NCBI GenBank assembly: GCA_043228905.1
Contig: JBHGNT010000002.1
Coordinates: forward strand, 20,646,001 to 20,710,000
Origin: Azolla caroliniana
Lineage: Eukaryota > Plantae > Polypodiophyta
Direction of reading: 5' to 3'
Length of the DNA stretch: 64,000 nt
The stretch's first letter is position 1. The number at the start of each line of letters is the position of its first letter. Below, piece by piece: positions 59,092-64,000 of the stretch. The position numbers were made by a program, and so were the translations under genes. The notes below the pieces were generated by a model that worked only from the letters and a program-made list of their open reading frames with translations, made no database searches and was not told the DNA's origin.

Positions 59092-62000
59092 TGTGAAAGA
59101 TTATGTGCGGAAGTAATATAGGAAACCAAACAACAGAAAATGCAGGTTTAATGGAAAGCTTAGGTTTGCACAGTATGCATGGGAGACACAGAGAGAGAGA
59201 AAGACAATTCAAAAAACTAACACTCTATACATACATCGTGCTCAATGAGCACCTTTTATACATGCCCTAACAATGAGCTGACACAAGTACTGACAGTACT
59301 TGACTGCTCATAAATGAGCCTTGACTCTTACTCCCAAAACTATTCCTTACGAGGAATATCTCTCTAACGGCCTTTCGGTTTACACACCGATACGGCCTTC
59401 CTATGCACCTGTCTGCGTACCAGTTTACGCATCCATTTTACGCACCGGTCCGGTCTAACCGATCGGGTCCTCGGCTTGCTCAGCCGATCCAGCTGATGTT
59501 GAGCTTGTCTCTCAACACTCCCCCTCAAGCTCAATTTGAGGCTCTTCGGGATCTTCCTTATCACCGCTCCGGTTCCTCCTGGCTCCACACCTCGCTCGCA
59601 CTCCTCAACCTGTTCGAGTCCGCGCGCTTCGACCCTTCCGGTCGGCTTGTTTACTCCCACGGCCCTTCACAGCTCCCTTGCTATCGCGGTGTTAGCGCTT
59701 CTCCTGTTGCCTTCTTCTTCGCTTGGCTCTTGGTTGATTCAGTGTATCCGAATCAAACATCCGAACCGACTCGGCTACCTCCGATCGGTTTTCGCTCTCG
59801 TCCGAGTTGGTTGTCTCCAACTTGTCTTCAGTCTTCTTGCCCTTGACGACGTCATCTCCCCCATGCTTGGTTGGCTTCGGCTCATCCGTTCGGCTGCTCC
59901 CCTTATGTCCGCTTTTGGACTCTGATCCGCCCTTGGCTTCTTCAGCCGATCCGAAGTCGAATTCGTCATCCGACCCGTCATCACGGTCTTTTCCGCTCCT
60001 TCCTGCTCCCTTGCTTGGTCTTTCGAGACTGTTCTCCCCCTCAAGTTTGGCACATCGAGGTGACGCAACCCAAGCACACCCGAGAACTGCCACAACTTGT
60101 CCAAACCAAGGGGCTTGGTGAAGATGTCGGCGGCTTGCCGATCCGTCGAAACATACTGAAGTTCGACTTCACCAGAAAGGACACGCTCACGGACAAAATG
60201 GTAGTGCACCTCAATGTGCTTGGTCCGTGCGTGGAAAACGGGGTTCTTCGCGAACTGGATGTTGCTGAGGTTGTCGCAGTAGATCGTCAACGGATCAGAC
60301 ACCTCCTCTTGCAGGTCCTTAAGTAGCCGCTTCAACCATATGGCTTCGCATGTCGCGACAGCTGCTCCTCGGTACTCAGCTTCGGTGCTCGATAGTGCAA
60401 CTGTCGGCTACTTCTTACTGCTCCACGCTATCGTGGCACTCCCAAGAGAGAATGCGTATCCGGACGTGGATTGGCGATCGGCAGCGTTGCCAGCCCAATC
60501 AGCATCGGTGTAGCCGACCAACTACGAGGTTGTACCGGTCCGATATAGCAGTCCCCGGTCCTTAGTGCCATTAACGTACCGGAGTACGCGTTGTGCGCAC
60601 TGAAGGTGTTCCTCAGTCAGTCGCGCCATGAACTGACTAACCACCCCGACTGGGTAGCTGAGATCTGGTCGGGTGATGGTCAAGTATATAAGGTTGCCGA
60701 CTATCTGTCGGAACCTCGTCGGGTCGCATACTTGTCCGGGCTCAGGGCGAAGCTTGATGGTTCTATTTAAAGGAGTCAAGACGGACTTACAGTTTGCCAT
60801 CCCGAATTTGAAGAGCATATTCAGCGCGTAATGACGTTGGCTGATCAGTATGCCTTCGGGGGTGCAGATCACTTCGATCCCGAGGAAGTAATGAAGGTCC
60901 CCCAGATCCTTCATGTCGAATGATGCCACGAGCTGGAGCTTCACGCGATCGATTTCACCTAGGTCGGCGCCGATGATGACCAACTCATCAACATATAGTA
61001 AAATACTGACCGGACTGAGTCGACCTTTCCGTATAAACAGAGAAGAGTCCGATTTTGACGTTGCAAAGCCCATCCGATGCAGTTGTTGCGTGATCTTCGT
61101 GTTCCAAGCACACGGGGCTTGCCTCAGTCCGTAAAGGGACTTCTTCAATCGGCACACTGTCGACATGTTCGTTCCGGAGTGAAATCCGGGGGGTTGTACC
61201 ATGTACACCTGTTCCTCAAGCTCACCTTGCAGGAACGCATTCTTCACATCCATCTGATGTAAGTGCCACCCCTTTGCCGCAGCTACCGCGAGCAAAACAC
61301 GGACGGTCGTCATCTTTGTGACCGGCGCAAACGTCTCATCGTAGTCGATGTCGTGTTTCTGCGCGTAGCCTTTTGCCACTAACCGGGCCTTGTATTGGTT
61401 GACCGAGCCGTCGGTGTTGTACTTCATCTTGTACACCCACCTACATCCGATTGGCTTCACACCCTTCGGTGCGTCAACTAGGTCCCAGGTCTCGTTTTCC
61501 GCCAATGCGTGCATCTCTTCCTCCATCGTAGTGCGCCAATTTCCGTCCTTAGTCGCTTTTGCGTAGCTCTCCGGCTCACGCACTTCTGCTACACGGGTCA
61601 TGTACGCATAATGAAGCGCCATGTACTCGTTGTATCCGAACCGCACAACTGGGTTGTTCTGGCGGGTAGATCAGCGTAATCTGTCATTAGCCGATGTCGA
61701 GGTCTTCTCGGCCGACGCGGACTTTGCTCTTGAAGACCCGTCACCACTCCCTCGGAGTCGGACTCGCATCAGTCTAACTCAATTCTATCCGTGCCGGAAT
61801 CCGACACCTTCTTCTTCCCTTTCTCTTTGCACGTAAGCCGTCTCCTCAGCTTCCTACGCGGGGAATGCACGGCCGAGTCTCCACTACTCGCAGGCTCTTC
61901 ATCAGACTGGTCAAACCGACTTAGACATCCATTCGGTCCACTTAACCGAAACGAAATCGGAATCTCTTCGCGCGTCCCGATTTCAGGCTCATTCGAACGC

Positions 62001-64000
62001 ATCTCAGTCTCGCTGACCTCATCGTCAGAGCTCGGATTGGAGTTGAGATCCGGAGTCGGAGGCAAGTACCAGGACGCGGACTCATCAAACACAACGTTGC
62101 GGCTCACACGTGCTTGTTTGGTGCGCGGGTTATAACACTTATAATCCTTTTGCTCGTCCGAGTAACCGACCAAGATACATTTCTCGGCCTTCGCGTCCAC
62201 CTTCCTCCATTTCTCCTTCGGCACATGCACATACGCAATGCTACCAAAAACTCGTAAGTGTCCCAGGTTCGGCTTCGTTCTGAAGTATAGCTCGTGCGCC
62301 GACACTTTTTCTCCGATCCGATTCTGGATGTATATCGCGGTCCTTACCGCCTCGGCCTAGTAGAACTTGGGCAAGCTCTTCTCCTCCAGCATTGCCCGTG
62401 CCGCTTCCACAACCGACCGATTTTTCCTCTCGGCCACGCCATTTTGCTCCGGCGTGTATCTACAACTGAATTCGTGCCGAATTCCCATCTGTTGTAGATA
62501 ACCGTTGAATTGACCGGAAAAGTATTCCTTTCCGCCATCCAACCGCAGACACCTGATCTTTCTTCCTGTTTCCGTTTCCACGAACCCTTTGAGGTCCCGG
62601 AAACAGTCGAAGACTTCGCTCTTCCTCTCAATGAGGTAGATCCACGTGTGCCACGTGTGCTATGTGTAGTCGTCGATGAAGGAGACGAAATATCGGCTCC
62701 CGCCAAGACTAATATTTTTTGTCGGCCCCCACACATCGAAGTGTATCAAGTTGAGCTTGTTCCGACTCCGGTTACGCTCATTGGGGAAAGGAAGTCGGTG
62801 TTGCTTCCCAAGCTGGCAGGCTTCACAAATTTTTGCCTTCCGGCCACTAAATTTGGGCAATCCGAACACCACTTGTTTCGATTGCAGGTCTTGAAGCTGC
62901 TGGTAGTTGACGTGGCCTATCCGCTTGTGCCATAAGTCGATGTTCGACTCGACTTTTTGTCCCTTTGCAAACATTGCGGTGCCACCGTCAATAGAGTTGA
63001 GGATGAACATCCTCCCATCTCTATGCCCTTGCGCAATAACACGGCCTTCTTCCTCAATGAAGCACCCGAGGTGTGTAAACCGGACCTCCATCCCTTGGTC
63101 GACGACCTATCCGACCAACACCAAGTTCTTCGTGATTGTTGGGACGTGTAGCACGTTCATGAGTTTCCATTTCTGCCCGACATGGCTCAGGGGAACTTCA
63201 CCGACATTCACGATCGGATGCGGAGTGTCGTCTCCGGTTGCGACAACTCCCGGTTGCATTGGTTTTTCTAGGTACAAGAACCACTCCTTATGGCTTGTCA
63301 TGTGATTTGACGCGCCGGAGTCGACGTACCACACCTCATCCGATTTTGGGGTGCTCTGCTTCATTGAGTTTGCTTCGTGTCTCGTCACGAAGACTGACCC
63401 TTTTCCGGCTTCTCCACATCCTTCGGCGTAATGCGATCGTTGCCGATTTCCTTTGTTGGTCTGTCCGGAACTTGATCCGGAGCCAGTCCTCTCTGACTCG
63501 ACGCGCTTTTTCCAGCACTCGCTCTCCATGTGTCCTTTCTTACCATAGTACCAGCATTCCGCGGCGGATTTCCCTTGCCGGTTCTCGTTGCCTTGACTCC
63601 CCCTGTTTCCGAAGGGTCCGGAATTGTTGTCGGCGTCACTTCGGTGCCTTCTTCCTTGATCCCGTCGGCCGCCTCCATTGTGTACTGACTCGCCTCGTCC
63701 ACCGCGACCACAGGGCCTATCTCCCTCCGTGTACAGCATCTTGTTGTCGGCATGCGTGCTTGTCCACGCACCCGCGTGGTTCTCCTCTATAAGGAGCATC
63801 GATTGTAAGTCGAAAAACGACGGTGTATTCTCCCATGTACACACAGCAGTTCAGAACGCTTCGAACTTTGACGCCAAACCCCCGAGACAGACTTGGACCA
63901 TCTCGTTTTCCTCGATGTTCACATCAATGGAAGCTAAGGAGTCGCAGATGTCCTTGATCATTGAGGTATAGTCAGCCACCAACAAATCGCGTTGTCATAG
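59092..64000 (-). mobile_element. Ty1-copia element (3' LTR 59092-59517, pol, part of gag), runs off the window, several frameshifts and stops
   Basis: WYVDSGAS, LWHKRIGH, RT ORF 60522..61646, RNase H KHIEVHYH/ADIFTK, PPT reverse complement CTCCCCCTCAAG at 59518. Same family as 10568-13690 (PSFFDLQSMLL.EENH). Confidence 0.93.

Overview
Eukaryotic nuclear DNA from a land plant, possibly a fern or other non-seed plant (inferred from the TE families, abundant (GA)n and a plant-type mitochondrial rRNA insert). Most of the window is nested retrotransposons. These include a head-to-tail stack of LINEs joined through (CT)n tracts (2.6-9.9 kb), decayed Ty1-copia elements, two chromodomain Ty3-gypsy remnants, several solo LTRs with TSDs, one intact and very young copia (47728-53197), a second LINE (55.3-59.1 kb), an hAT-type MITE and a decayed mitochondrial rrn18 NUMT. 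One intact host gene could be rebuilt from splice sites: six exons (22836-28611, about 1130 aa) encoding a mitochondrial-presequence-like N-terminus, a catalytically degenerate WRN/DEDDy-type 3'-5' exonuclease-like domain and an intact UPF1-like SF1B helicase. Other highlights are an intron-containing, bacterial-type (beta-class) DNA amino-methyltransferase remnant at 15.1-15.7 kb, a tRNA-like Pol III A/B-box cassette inside a gypsy LTR, and signs of (TC)n-targeted LINE insertion. All family assignments come from reading motifs by eye, with no database searches.
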